A stretch of 64,000 nt of DNA from Octopus sinensis. Its lineage: Eukaryota. Position numbers and translations under genes: made by a program. Below, one piece after another: positions 49,326 to 63,139 of this stretch. The number at the start of each line of letters is the position of its first letter. Position 1 is the first letter of the stretch. The stretch is from positions 2,356,001 to 2,420,000 of the forward strand of contig NC_043003.1 in NCBI RefSeq assembly GCF_006345805.1, read 5' to 3'. The notes below the pieces were generated by a model. The model was not told the origin of the DNA. It saw only the letters and a list, made by a program, of their open reading frames with translations, and ran no database searches.

Positions 49326-50311
49326 TATATATATGTATGTATCCATGTTGCTAATCTAATTTGTCGTAAGTGACTGCTCACAGAGGTTATTTACGTTCTC
49401 TTGTCTTTGTTGACAGAAAATATAAATAACTTCAAAGTATAACATTAATAATACACAAGCGATCTCGTCTGGTACAATGTACACATCCTGATATACGATA
49501 CCTGATGTTGATCAGAGGTCAAAGTGATTCAGTTGTCGATTTAAATATTAAGCAATGTTTCATTTGTAAATATAAGGTTACTAGTTTGATTACTTCTAAT
49601 CTTAGGACAGCGTATGCTTAAATATATAATTTGATATGTAAATCAGTCATCTGAGCCCAACATCTGATTCTGTTCTCGGTGTGGCTGTTCTGCTCAGTTC
49701 TCTAATTAGCTGGTTACATAAATATGCAGCTGGTGACATATAATCTTGTTTGTTTTGCTTATAAATACATATTTGATACTAAGCACACACACGGCTCCCT
49801 CTTATATCGATTGCTTATGTTTTTATACCTCAAAATATAAACGAACGTCCCACCTCCCTCTCTCTCTCTCACTCAAATCAAATGCAGTATTAGTTTACGA
49901 CTTCAAAGGATACCTTGACAAACACCTGCTTTTCTGCAAATGAGAATGTTCTAGACTTGCAGCGCAACTTTTGTGTTTTTTCACCATTGAGTTACGGTCT
50001 GCTGTAGACGCTTACTTCTGTTAGGTTCCCAGATAAATTCGTTTGTTTTTTACTATTCTGGTACTCTGTCGTCTGATTTTTTTAAAAATCTTTTATCTCT
50101 TACTGGTTTCAGTCATTGGACTGTGGCCATGCTGGGGCACTGCTTTGAAGGGAATAGTCAAAGAAATTGACCCCAGTTGGTTTGTTTTTTTTAAGGCCTG
50201 GTACTTATTCTATTGGTCTTTTTTGCCAAACTGCTAAGTTACAGGGGTGTAAACAAAGCAACGCCAGTTCTCAAGCAATGGTGGGGGACAAACACATACA
50301 AAAATGCATGT

Positions 50312-50378
<67 letters not shown>

Positions 50379-50700
50379 TACGATAGGCTTCTTTCAGTTT
50401 CCATCAATCAAATCCACTCACAAGTTTTTGGTCGGCCCTGGTCTTTGACAGCATTGATGACAATTACGGTCATGTTTCAGTCTTATCATACCTTACCAGC
50501 TCAGCATAAGATAATAGTTACTATCAAATCTTAGAATAACTAGTGAGGATTAAGCTTTTAGGATTAAAGATGGGATAGCTTTAGGGATAAAAGATGATGT
50601 GATAGCTAAAAAACTGAATAGTGGGAAACTACCCAGGGAAAGAATTAAAATAAAGGGAAAAAAATAAATGATTTAACCTGACAACCCAATTTACATTTGC

Positions 50701-50751
<51 letters not shown>

Positions 50752-50758
50752 CCACCAC

Positions 50759-50808
<50 letters not shown>

Positions 50809-51853
50809 CCATCATCCTCATCCAGTGTTTTAAATCTGAGTTTTGTCCCCATTAACGGGGGTGGCCGGATCTTCCTCAATGCCATAGCAACCAAGATAGG
50901 CAGTTGCAGCTCACCCCAACCTTTGGGCTGGCGCTGGTGCCCTTTCTCCTTTTATATCATGAGGCTTTTTTGGAGCTGGATTTTCTACGGGGAGCATGCC
51001 CTTGCTTACCCTCAACCTCAGTTTCTAGACATGAGTCGTCCCGAGACCAAGGCCTCTACCACGATTTTTAATAAATGTGGTGGAAAATTAGCTTTGGAAG
51101 GCAGGGAAGCTACACCCTGAGATCCCTTTCGGGGTCTCAAACCTAAAGCAGTGGCAGGCAGCTCATGCAGAGATAACATATGCTTAATTACCCAGCTAAC
51201 ATGACACAGAAACCCCATTGTATATATTGTGGAAGCTGTAACCAAGGATTTTGGAGGTATGAACAAAGTGTAGAGATCTTCCTTCAATATTCAGCAGAGG
51301 CAGTGTGTCCCTACACTAACCAGACATTTACAGCTTTCGAAAGAAAAGGTCATGTAAATTATCAGTGGGAGATGGAGTGAAATGCTGGCCCTATTTTAAC
51401 AGCAGCAAAAGACGTTTAGTGGGGAGCATGTTGATCCTAACAAATTCTCTTTTGCAAGATATTATTCTGAACTCTAAAACAGAGATTTTTATATTTGCCC
51501 CCATGTGACTGAAATACATTCTAAGAAACTGGTTCACTCCCATAAGCAGCAAAGACTGGAAATTACTTTGTATGAAATTTAGTCCCTTCCCACAGACTTT
51601 TACCCTTAGCAACCCCTAATCCTTTTATCTTTGTCTCAGTCTTTTTGTCTGCCTCTTTTTGCATCTCTCTTACCCTCTCTCCCTCTCTCCCTTTATTTAC
51701 TTATAATACACAAATTACTGCACATTAACCCAGAGTTTCTACCTTTGAATAGGTCGCTTCATCCTTGTTACTTGCGTGAATTTTGCTACCCTGGTAACTG
51801 TTTATTGAATTTTCCATGTTAACAGTAAACAAAGGATAATTCATTCATCCATT

Positions 51854-51903
<50 letters not shown>

Positions 51904-53164
51904 ACTTGAAATTTACAGAAAAAAATAAAAGACAAGACAGGTGTATTAATTAACACTTGGGAAGGTGAGAAAGTCTTTTACATTTCGAGCCTATGCTCTT
52001 CAACAGAAGGAACACGAAGAAAAAAGAGAGAGAGAATAAACAAACTTTTGGAGCTAGCGGTCAATCATGGTCAATCATATATATATATATATATCTATAT
52101 ATATATATATATATCTATATATATATATACACACACACACTATGAGGATATTTAAACATCTTATGGGGATAATCCTATGCAAGATGCCCTGGTTTATTAT
52201 ATTATATTTTGAAGAGATATTTCTTCAAAAAAATATATTATAAAGCATCAAATATTATTAAGTTTGAAAATGGAGAGATTCAATGGATATAAATTTATTA
52301 ATTAATTAATTAACATTGCCTACAATTGTTTCACTTCACAGCCAATTTAAATTACAAAACATATATGATAGTGTAAGTTTACATTTTGAGTATCCTGGAT
52401 GGAAGATCTTCAGGGGAAAATGGACATTGCAGGGTTTACATTTTGATCAGTTGAAAGACTCCAACAGACTAAGCAGATGAAAGCATGTTTATTGAGTGCA
52501 TGTGTGTGCATGCGAGTGAACAGGTTGAGGTCTTAAAGTGACGAAAATACTTTGACAAATTAAACGTAAATGGTGAAGTGAATCGAACGGCTTTTGTGTG
52601 TTTCTTAAATGGCTTATAAACACCTTCCACGCTGCAATTGTTTTCGTTTCAGCACACGATCTCAGATCAAATCACTTGCTATGCAAGTACATCTCCGTGA
52701 TTAAATACAATTATAATAGTAATAACAACAACAACAACAACAATAATAATTAATTAAAGTATATAAGAAGAAAGATAAAGGATAAAAACAAAGATTAATA
52801 ATAGATAATGAAAATATTGAAATATATTGATAATAAAAATAAAAAAATAAAAATAAAAATAATGAAAATAAAATAAGAATGAGAGTTTTTTTATTCCAAA
52901 ACATGGGGATATCCATGGTGTGGATGTACGTCAGCATAAGGTTATTAACTACAAGTGTTATGGATGTCATCGTTTATGCATGAGTGTGTGTGTGTGTGTG
53001 TGTGCATTTATAGATCCTTACTGCTTAAGTTGCTTTATTAATGCGTAAGTGTGTATATTAGTAAAAGGTTCTCAAATATTTCTATATCCATGCATTTATC
53101 GGTTCGGCTATTCATGGCCCATTTCAGTTTATGTGTGATTGTTTATATCATCATCATCATCATC

Positions 53165-54375
53165 ATCATCACCATCACTGTTAAATGTCCGCTTTCCATG
53201 CTGGCATGGGTTGGACGGTTTGACTGGGGACTGGCAAGCCAGAAGGCTGCACAAGGCTCCAATCCGATCTGGCAAGGTTTCTACAGCTGGATGCCCTTCC
53301 TAATGCCAACCACTCCGAAAGTGTAGTGGGTGCTTTTTACATGCCACCGGCACAAGGGCCAGTCAGGCAGTTCTGGCAACAACCACACTCAAATGGTATT
53401 TTTTACATGCGACCTGCACAGGATCCAGTCTGGCGGCACTGGCAACGATCACACTAGAATGTTGTTTTCCACGTGCCACTGACACAGGTGCCAGTAAAGT
53501 GACACTGGCAACGATCACGTTTGAATGGTGCTTTTTATGTGCCACCAGCATGATAGGCAGTCAGTGGCCCTGGCAATGATCATGCTTGGATGGGGCTTTT
53601 AATGCTCCACTGGCACAGGTGCCAATCAGGTGGTACTGTCATTGGCCACATCAGCGATTTTTTTTATGTTTGTGTGTATATAGATGTTTACTGTCTAAGT
53701 TGATTTATGAGTGTGTAAGTGTGTATGTATGTTAGTAGGATGTTATGAAGTCAAATCAGTTTGCTACAGAGAGGCCTCACAGAGGCAATGACAGGAGACC
53801 AAGACCTTTGGAGATCTGCTGTGATTGAGAAGACCTGGCAAGCAAAGTGAGATTGCGGCCATGGCCAATGCCAGAATTACATGTCCAGCTCATTTAAGAG
53901 TAACCCTTTATGCATCGGGTGATATGATATGGTTGAGAAGACCTGCTGAGTCAAGTAAAACCAAAACTGCAGCTGTGGCTAGTGACCCCTGATTGGCCCC
54001 TGTTCCAGTGACATGTAAATGTGTCATTGGAATGTGGTTGATGCCAGTGCCCCCTGATTGGCTCCCATGCTGGTGACATGTAAAAATCACCATCCAAACA
54101 TGGCTGATGCCAGTACTTCCTGATTGGCTCCCATGCTGGTGGCACGTAAAATGCATCATCCAAATGTGATCGATGAAGGCCTGCCTGACTGGCTCTTGTG
54201 CCAGTGGCACATAAAAAGAACCCACTACACTCAAGGAGTGGTTGGCATTATGAAGGGCATCCAGCTGCAGAGACCTTGCCAGATCAGATTGGAGCCTGGT
54301 GCAGCCTCCTGGCTCTCCAGACCTCAGTCAAACCGTCCAACTCAGGCCAGCATGGAAAAAGGACATTAAATGATG
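53165..54375. mobile_element. Two RTE 3'-UTR-derived repeats in opposite orientation (53165-53640 minus; 53740-54375 plus)
   Basis: GGCACGTAAAA modules and GAAGGGCATCCAGCTG...CCGTCCAACCCATGC tail. Confidence 0.7.
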
Positions 54376-55080
54376 ATGCCGATGATGATGATAATGATGA
54401 TGATGATGATGATGGTGATGATGATATATATTCCCTTATATGCTTGTATCTAATTGATGAAAAAGTCAATCATAAAAGTCAAGCATCATTATTATAATAT
54501 GAAAGGATGAATTAGTAAAGTAATTATGTGTGTATTTAGTAATTGATTCATAGTTTGTTCTAGATAACATTCTATATTTGAGTGAGAGAGAGAGAACCCC
54601 TCGGAAGGCAGGATTACGTCACTCGCATTTAAGATTAATATCTAGTTATATTATTAAATGCATTATGTCATCAAGATTAGTATTATCAATAGTATTATCA
54701 TCTAAAATAAAATGTATTATCTGATGAATTAATAAAGGTCAATGCTTATTATTATTATTGAATTGGTATTTATATATTATATAATAATTAGTATATATTA
54801 TTTATACTTATATTATTTTTATCCTATGTTTGATTTGTAAATTAAGTTATATTTAGTATATACTTATATCATGAATGTTTAGTCTCAGTTTTGAAAATCA
54901 AATTTTATTCAGTTTTCTAAAATATACTAAGGTTAATTCCAACAAGTCTGCAGCTAAATTCTGTTTTTAAAGGACTTGCTTCGAGAGTTGCACTCGGTAT
55001 GATGTGTTTATTTTGGTAGTTTTGACTTTAAGAGTCCCTCCTAACATGTGGCATTTATGTTTAGTAATGCCTTCTATATA

Positions 55081-55125
<45 letters not shown>

Positions 55126-55254
55126 CGCAGTGTGGCTGTGTGAAAAGAAGATTGCTTCCCAACCACATGGTTTTCGGGTCAGTCCCATTGTGTGGTACCT
55201 TGGGCAAGTGTCTTCGGCTATAGCTTCAGGTAGACAGAAACTGAAAGAAGCCCG

Positions 55255-56171
55255 TTGTATATATGCCAGCACCGCCCCGACTGGCTTCTGTGCCGGTGGC
55301 ACATAAAAAGCACCATCTGAATCGTGGCCGATGCCAGTGCCGCCTCGACTGGCTTCCGTGCCGGTGGCACGTAAAATGCAGCAATCCGACCGTGGCCGTT
55401 GCCAGCCTCGCCTGGCACCTGTGCAGGTGGCACGTAAAAAGCACCCACTACACTCATGGAGTGGTTGGCGTTAGGAAGGGCATCCAGCTGTAGAAACACT
55501 GCCAGATCAGACTGGAGCCTGGTGCAGCCTTCTGGCTTCCCAGATCCCTGGTCGAACCGTCCAACCCATGGAGAACGGACGTTAAACGATGATGATGATG
55601 ATGATAGATATAGATATATTTGTGTGTATATTTGTACATGTGTGTCTGTATTTGTCAGCCCACCATTGCTTGACAGCTGATGTTGGTGTGTTTATGTCCC
55701 TGTAAGTTAGCAGTTCAGCAAAAGAGACTGACAGAATAAGTGATAGGCTTGCAAAGAATAAGTCCTGGGGTTGATATGTTGAACTAAAAGTGGTGCTCCA
55801 GCATGGCCGCAGTCAAATGACTGAAACAAGTAAACATATACATATACATACATACACACATATATATACACATATATATATACATACATATATATGCATA
55901 CATATACATATATATATATATACATACATACACACACACACATATATATACATACATATATATGTATACATATACATACATACACACATATATATACACA
56001 TATATATACATACATATATATGCATACATATACATATATATACATACATACACACACACATATATATATACATACATATATATGTATACATATACATATA
56101 TATATATATATATACACACTCTCACACACACATACATATATATACATATATATATAAATATATATACATAC

Positions 56172-56206
<35 letters not shown>

Positions 56207-56861
56207 CATATATATACTCCAATGCGACCGTACGACAGGCACCCATGCCACACCCCTTTGCTTGTGAAGACATGTTGGGGCAAGCGAAATCGAAATCGAA
56301 TTGAACCAGCCAGGATCCCTGGTCTGGTGGTACGTAAAAAGCACTATCCGACTTGTGGCCGATGCCAGCACCGCCTCGACTGGCTTCCGTGCCGGTGGCA
56401 CATAAAATACACCAATCTGACCGTGGCCGTTGCCAGCCCCGCCTGGCACCTGTGCAGGTGGCACGTAAAAAGCACCAACCACTACACTCACGAGTGGTTG
56501 GCGTTAGGAAGGGCATCCAGCTGTAGAACATTGCCAGATTAGACTGGACCCTGGTGCAGCCTTCTGGCTTCCCAGAACCCGGTCGAACCGTCCAACCATG
56601 CTAGCATGGAGAACGGACGTTAAACGACGATGATGATGATGATGATGATATATATATATATACATATATATATATACATATATATACACACATATATATA
56701 TATACATACATATATATATATAATGGCATCCAGCTGTAGAAACATTGCCAGATAAGACTGGAGCCTGGTGCAGCCTCCTGGCTTCCCAGATCCCCAGTCG
56801 AACCGTCAAACCCATGCTAGCATGGAGGACGGACGTTAAACGATGATGATGATGATGATGA

Positions 56862-56870
<9 letters not shown>
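55255..56870 (+). mobile_element. Cluster of RTE 3'-UTR-derived repeats separated by a SINE tail and (TA/CA)n tracts
   Basis: Copies at 55255-55600, 56215-56650 and 56720-56870 match 24270-24980. Confidence 0.75.
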
Positions 56871-56902
<32 letters not shown>

Positions 56903-57869
56903 TATATATAATTATATATATATATATATAAACACACAGGCATGTATATATATCAACTTCTCTGATGACCGACAGTCCCTATCTTCTCGTGTGTTCACTT
57001 TCTTGTACCTTGCAAGTTTGCTCCAGCATCCTCATCGCTAGCTTCCCTTTCTCTCTGCTTAAGCCCTGTTGTCCCTTTATCACACTTTTAGCCCTTCAAC
57101 ACCTGACTTAAAGCCACCTTCTCCTCCACCTTCTCCTCTCAAACACTCCCTCAGTAACAACAACTTTTCCCTTTTCCTTTCTCCCTGTTCTTTTTCCTGC
57201 CTTATTAAGTCGTTTGCTGTTGCCAGCGATGCACCCACGCAAAAGACAAGCACCTGGAGCTCTCTGTGAAGTGTCTCCTCCTCCTCCTCCTCCTCCTCCT
57301 CGGCCAGCTGCAGAAACCATGTTGAAGGAGTCACTGGAGCTTGGTGCGGCCTTGCAGCTCACGGGATCCTCTCAAATCACCCGACTCGTGGTGATGATGA
57401 GGACTATGATGGTGATGACAATGAAGATGATGATGATGATGATGATGACGACGATGGTATTAGTCGATTCACTGATTATTCAGTGAGTGGGAGGGAGGCT
57501 GTACCTGCAAACTAGAAACCACCCCTGTTCATGCTTCATTGCAATCCTGTCGTCTCCCCACGTCCATCAGTTCAGCTGATGCTGGCAAGTCGTCTTCTCA
57601 ACTTGCAAAACAGTATCATGCTTGCTGAGGACGTATCAGTTTTCTTGTTTAACGCTTCAGTTTACCTTTTTCTCGTCTTTCAAATTCTAAAAATACTGTC
57701 AATGGTGACAGGTGAGCGGAGACAGCACAAGCAATTAAAAATGTAACAATTTAGTATTTAGAATACAAACACACTAATATCTCCTCCTCCTCCTCCACCA
57801 CCACCACCACCACCACCACCACCACCACCACAACCTCCTCCTCCTCCTCCTCTTAAAGGTCAATGTCCA

Positions 57870-58220
57870 CTGTTTTTGTTCAGAAATCATCTCTGGTGGG
57901 CCCTCATGTGGGCTACATGGCCTGCACTTGATCTGCATCAGCTATGTGCCACCTGTCACAGGTAAAGCTACTTAATGCAACAGAGAAGTGATGCCTCCCA
58001 TGTGCTGTTTTGTATTCTCTCTCTCTCTCTCTCTCTCTCTCGTTTCTCCTCAATGGCTGGGATTACAAGCTTCAGCGATTGGCACCCTTCATCACACCAC
58101 AGGGTGTTCTTCTCTCAGCTGTCTGCGAAGATGAGGGAGTTCTTCATGTGCTCCTTCAGCACAACCCTCTGGCCACCACAGCTCCACTTGCCCTGACGAA
58201 GTTCAGTGTAGAAAACTGCC
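57870..58220 (-). mobile_element. Degraded RTE C-terminal fragment (a similar remnant lies at 59290-59470)
   Basis: FYTELRQGKWSCGGQ..KEHMKNSL; downstream GHVAHMRAH-like zinc-knuckle remnant. Confidence 0.6.
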
Positions 58221-58354
58221 TAATAAACTTGCTAATTAAAAAAATGGTTAATTAGTGTTAACAGTTTTAATGCAGAGGTAATTAAAAAGCTAATTAGATA
58301 TAAATGACTTTCATCTTTCATGTCTCAAAAAACAATTCTTATTTCTTTATTGCC

Positions 58355-58610
58355 CACAGTGGCGGCGCAGGCTTAGTGGTTAGGGTGTCAGCACCATGAT
58401 TGTAAGATTGTGGTTTCTATTCCTGGACCAGGCGACGCGTTGTGTTCTTGAGCAAAACACTTCATTTCACATTGCTCCAGTCCACTCAGCTGGCAAAAAT
58501 GAGTAACGCTGCAATGGACTGGCATCACGTCCAGCTGGGGAACACATATGCCATAGAAACTGGGAAACCGGGCCCATGAACCTTGCTAGGCTTAAAAAGG
58601 GCACATTTAT
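58355..58610 (+). mobile_element. tRNA-derived SINE family C
   Basis: A-box TAGTGGTTAGG; TTGCTCCAGTCCACTCAGCTGG core; ATGGACTGGCATCACGTCCAG segment. Confidence 0.75.
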
Positions 58611-61114
58611 TTTATATATTTTTATTGCCCACAAGTGGCTAAACATAGAGGAGACAAACAAGGACGGACAAGGGGATTAAGTAGATTACATCGACCCCAG
58701 TGCATAACTGGTACTTAATTTATTGACCTCGAAAAGTTGAAAGGCAAAGTCGGCCTCGGCAGAATTTGAACTCAGAACTTAATGGCAGATGAAATACCGC
58801 TAAGCACTTCGCCCAGCATGCTAATGCTTCTACCAGCTCGCCGCCTCATTCTGCCATATTCATGATGATGGAGGTTCCTGTTATCTATTTTAGCTGCCTT
58901 CCTGGATCGTTTGGCTTGTAAAAATGCATGCTGAGCGGGTTTTATAAGGGACCAGAAGTAAAATCCTAGAATATTCAAGAAAACTTGTCTGCTCCATTGC
59001 TTCATGCTGATTGGCCAGTTAATAGACCAATCACATGAAACTATGGTGGTTTGCTTGTGATGTCTGACCACGTATCCAAGGATACAATTTCGAATCACTG
59101 TTACAAAGCCTATATTGGCGTTAAATCCATGGAAACAATGTGGGTATGTAATAGTTGAATCAGAAACCAGCAGGAATCCTGCTTCCTATGGAGCCCTTTT
59201 CTTTTGAGTTTCTCATATTTCTGATTCTGAGGGTTGTCCTCCAGAGTACAGAACACTACACCACAATAAGTGATCCTGGCCAAGATGTTCCCTGGTAGAT
59301 TTTTCCAAGTTATATTTTCTCAATGTTACCTTGAGAGACTCGGTATCTTCTCATTGGTCCATCATCTGACCAGGAGCCAATCGTTAATCCATCAAAGAAA
59401 ATCTGTTCAAGGAATCTGGAATCGGACATGTGTGCTACATGTCCACTCTGCTGGAGTCGAGATTTACTTAGGAAAGCATATAAATGTGTATTGAAGATAA
59501 TAAACATGTATAAAGAAAACAATAGTCTTGAATGGAGTAAGTGGAGCAAGAACACACACATGGATGAAAAGTGTTGCTGAAGAGGTCACAGATGTGTGAC
59601 AAAAGATTTACAGACAATGGACATGAGTTAAAATAATAAGAACAATAATAAATGAGTGAAGTAAACAAAAACATAGTGTGTGTGTTTATTAGGCAACAAA
59701 ATAAAGAAATAATGAATAAAATGACCATCCCAAAATACAACAATAATGATAGATTTTATATTTATAATTTTAGCAAATTTTAGGCGCAGGTGTGGCTGTG
59801 TCGTAAGTAGCTTGCTTACCAGCTACATGGTTCCGGGTTCAGTCCTACTGCGTGGCACCTTGGGCACGTGTCTTCTACTATAGCTTTGGGTTGACCAAAG
59901 CCTTGTGAGTGGATTTGATAGATGGAAAGAAGCCCATCGTATTGAAAGAAGCCCAATCTAATTGACTGGCCCCCTCCCCCAAAATTTCTAAATGTGCCTA
60001 GAGTAGAAAAGAATTGTAGGTACATTATATTTAAGGAAGGCGGTAACCAGTTTGGTTTCCTCACCGGAAGGGCAAACTCAATGTTCCACCATTGTGTCCC
60101 ATTACTGTACAGCATCCCTCTTTGTATCCAAGCATCCTACACTCTGCTCTTCCTACTGATTCAGAAACCCTTTAGAACCAGCAAGTAGAGATTATGGCTT
60201 CCTCAACTTTCTCCCCTGTTCTTATTTTGACGGCTATGCTTTTAGTAAGCCTAACTCCACTAGTAATTAGGTTACCAAGGTAACAAAAGCTCTTAGCAAC
60301 TTCTAAATAGAAGAAAAAAAGAGAAAAGAGAGAAAAAAGGAAACTGCATGAATCATACATAACTTAGAAGCAGCACTGTGGATGTGCTAACATGCACGAA
60401 CTTGAGACATGGCTGCCCGCATGCACTTCTCATGAGGAATTCCAGAAGGAACTTCATGAGACCACTGCAGAGACTCTTCTGGAAAAAAATACCATTGGAA
60501 AACTGATCATAGCAGTGACTCAATCCATTCCTATGGATATCAGAAGAAGGAATTTTATAGTCCGAAATATTGTATCAGACTATGGATGATTGAATTACAA
60601 GAGTCCATTGTTGTTATTACGGTGCATTGTTGGTGCCATTCAGAACACATTATGTTTTTTTGACATCCAATGTTCTCTTTCCTATTCTTCTGAGCATCTG
60701 AAGGAGTTTATTTCCTGCATATTTTTACCACCAAATACTTCTGCCCATCTGCCACATGTTAAGCCTACCTTCTCCCACAGCCCACATGTGACCTCAGAAC
60801 AACTCTTCAGACCCAATCTTTATACTGCTTCCATTGTTTAGCAACAGCATTCCGGATTCTTCATTGTTTACTAGAGTTTTAGATTTAACGCCTCCTTGGC
60901 ATCGTACTCTGCTGCCCAGTTCCTTCCAATCTCTCCAGGCCTGTCTCTTAGTTCTCATGGCGGTTTCTGTATATTCCTGTATATACTTATATATGCACAT
61001 ACCTCTCTAGCTCTGTGTGTGTGAATGTGTGTGTATGTATGTATGTGTGTGTGTGTGTGCATGTGCATATGTGTATGTCTGTGTGTGTGTGTGTATATAT
61101 ATATATGTATATAT

Positions 61115-61550
61115 TGTTTCAGTCATTTGACGGTGGCCATGCTGGAGCACCACCTTTAGTTGAACAAATCAACCCCAGGACTTATTCTTTGTAAGACTAG
61201 TACTTATTCTATTGGTCTCTTTTGTCGAACTGCTAAGTGACGGGTACATAAACACACTAACATCAGTTGTCAAGCGATGGTGGTGGTGGGGGACAAACAC
61301 AGACACAAATAAGAAACACACACACACATACATACATACATACATACATACACACACTCACACACACACACACATATATATATACACATATGACGGGCTT
61401 CTTTTGGTTTCCATCTACCAAATCAACACACAAGGCTTTGGTCGTCCTGAGGCTATAGTAGAAGATACTTGCCCAAGGTGCCACACAGTGGGACTGAACC
61501 TGAAGCCATGTGATTGGTAAGCAAGTTTCTTATCACACAGCCACTCCTAC
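61115..61550 (-). mobile_element. SINE family A, full length
   Basis: Reverse complement of 45186-45605. Confidence 0.85.
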
Positions 61551-61582
61551 ACCTATATATATATACGATGACGATATGCAAA

Positions 61583-62925
61583 GCTAAGAATATTTTTGCT
61601 CCTTTTTTCTTTTTTCTCCCTCTCTACTACGTTAGGACTGACAGTTTTAAATGATCTCATCGCTAACAACCTATTAGAATTTCGTTAATTCTCCCTAAAT
61701 TCCGGCTGACCTGTTCGCTAAGAAATTTTTGCTCCTTTTCTCTCTTTTTTCTCCCTCTCTACTACGTTAGGACTGACAGTTTTAAATGATCTCATCGCTA
61801 AAAACCTATTAGAATTTCGTTAATTCTCCTAAATTCCGGCTGACCTGTTCGCTAAGAATATTTTTGCTCCTTTTTCTTTTTTCTCCCTCTCTACTACGTT
61901 AGGACTGACAGTTTTAAATGATCTCATCGCTAACACCTATTAGAATTTCGTTAATCTCCCTAAATTCCGGCTGACCTGTTCGCTAAGAATATTTTTGCTC
62001 CTTTTCTCTTTTTTCTCCTCTCTACTACGTTAGGACTGACAGTTTTAAATGATCTCATCGCTAACAACCTATTAGAATTTCGTTAATTTCCCTAAATTCC
62101 GGCTGACCTGTTCGCTAAGAATATTTTTGCTCCTTTTCTCTTTTTTCTCCCTCTCTACTACGTTGGACTGACAGTTTTAAATGATCTCATCGCTAACAAC
62201 CTATTAGAATTTCGTTATTCTCCCTAAATTCCGGCTGACCTGTTCGCTAAGAATATTTTTGCTCCTTTTCTCTTTTTTCTCCCTCTCTACTACGTTAGGA
62301 CTGACAGTTTTAAATGATCTCATCGCTAACAACCTATTAGAATTTCGTTAATTCTCCCTAAATTCCGGCTGACCTGTTCGCTAAGAATATTTTTGCTCCT
62401 TTTCTCTTTTTTCTCCCTCTCTACTACGTTAGGACTGACAGTTTTAAATGATCTCATCGCTAACAACCTATTAGAATTTCGTTAATTCTCCCTAAATTCC
62501 GGCTGACCTGTTCGCTAAGAATATTTTTGCTCCTTTTCTCTTTTTTCTCCCTCTCTACTACGTTAGGACTGACAGTTTTAAATGATCTCATCGCTAACAA
62601 CCTATTAGAATTTCGTTAATTCTCCCTAAATTCCGGCTGACCTGTTCGCTAAGAAATTTTTGCTCCTTTTCTCTCTTTTTTTTTTCTCCCTCTCTACTAC
62701 GTTAGGACTGACAGTTTTAAATGATCTCATCATCGCTAACAACCTATTAGAATTTCGTTAATTCTCCCTAATTCCCGGCTGACCTGTTCGCTAAGAATAT
62801 TTTTGCTCCTTTTCTCTTTTTTCTCCTCTCTACTACGTTAGGACTGACAGTTTTAAATGATCTCATCGCTAACAACCTATTAGAATTTCGTTAATTCTCC
62901 CTAAATTCCGGCTGACCTGTTCGCT
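61583..62925. repeat. Tandem array of ten ~134-bp units
   Basis: Unit starts at 61583, 61717, 61851, 61982, 62114, 62246, 62380, 62514, 62648 and 62790; differences are mostly homopolymer indels. Confidence 0.95.
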
Positions 62926-63139
62926 GTGCGCCCGCTCAAACCCACCCCCACCACCAATACCGGATATCTCTCTATTCTCTCCCCTTCCCACTTCCCTCCT
63001 AGTGATATTGCTGCTTCTACTACAACTGCTGCTGCTGATGATGATGGTGAATATTAGTGGTTGAAATTTAACATAGGCAAAAAAAAAAAAAACCGTAATA
63101 ATAATTTAACATTACTTGAAAAGGTAGTGGGTAGCGAAC

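Noticed and set aside
50860-51620. Possible LINE endonuclease remnant (LNFIQSNFQSL)
   Set aside because: Too degraded to assign orientation or family.
57080-57500. Acidic or proline-rich ORFs on both strands
   Set aside because: They are driven by (CCT)n and (GAT)n repeats, with no consistent splice or homology signal.
61583-62925. CRISPR-like appearance of the 134-bp array (and of the 50-bp array at 28871)
   Set aside because: Units are contiguous with no unique spacers, there are no cas genes, and the context is eukaryotic.
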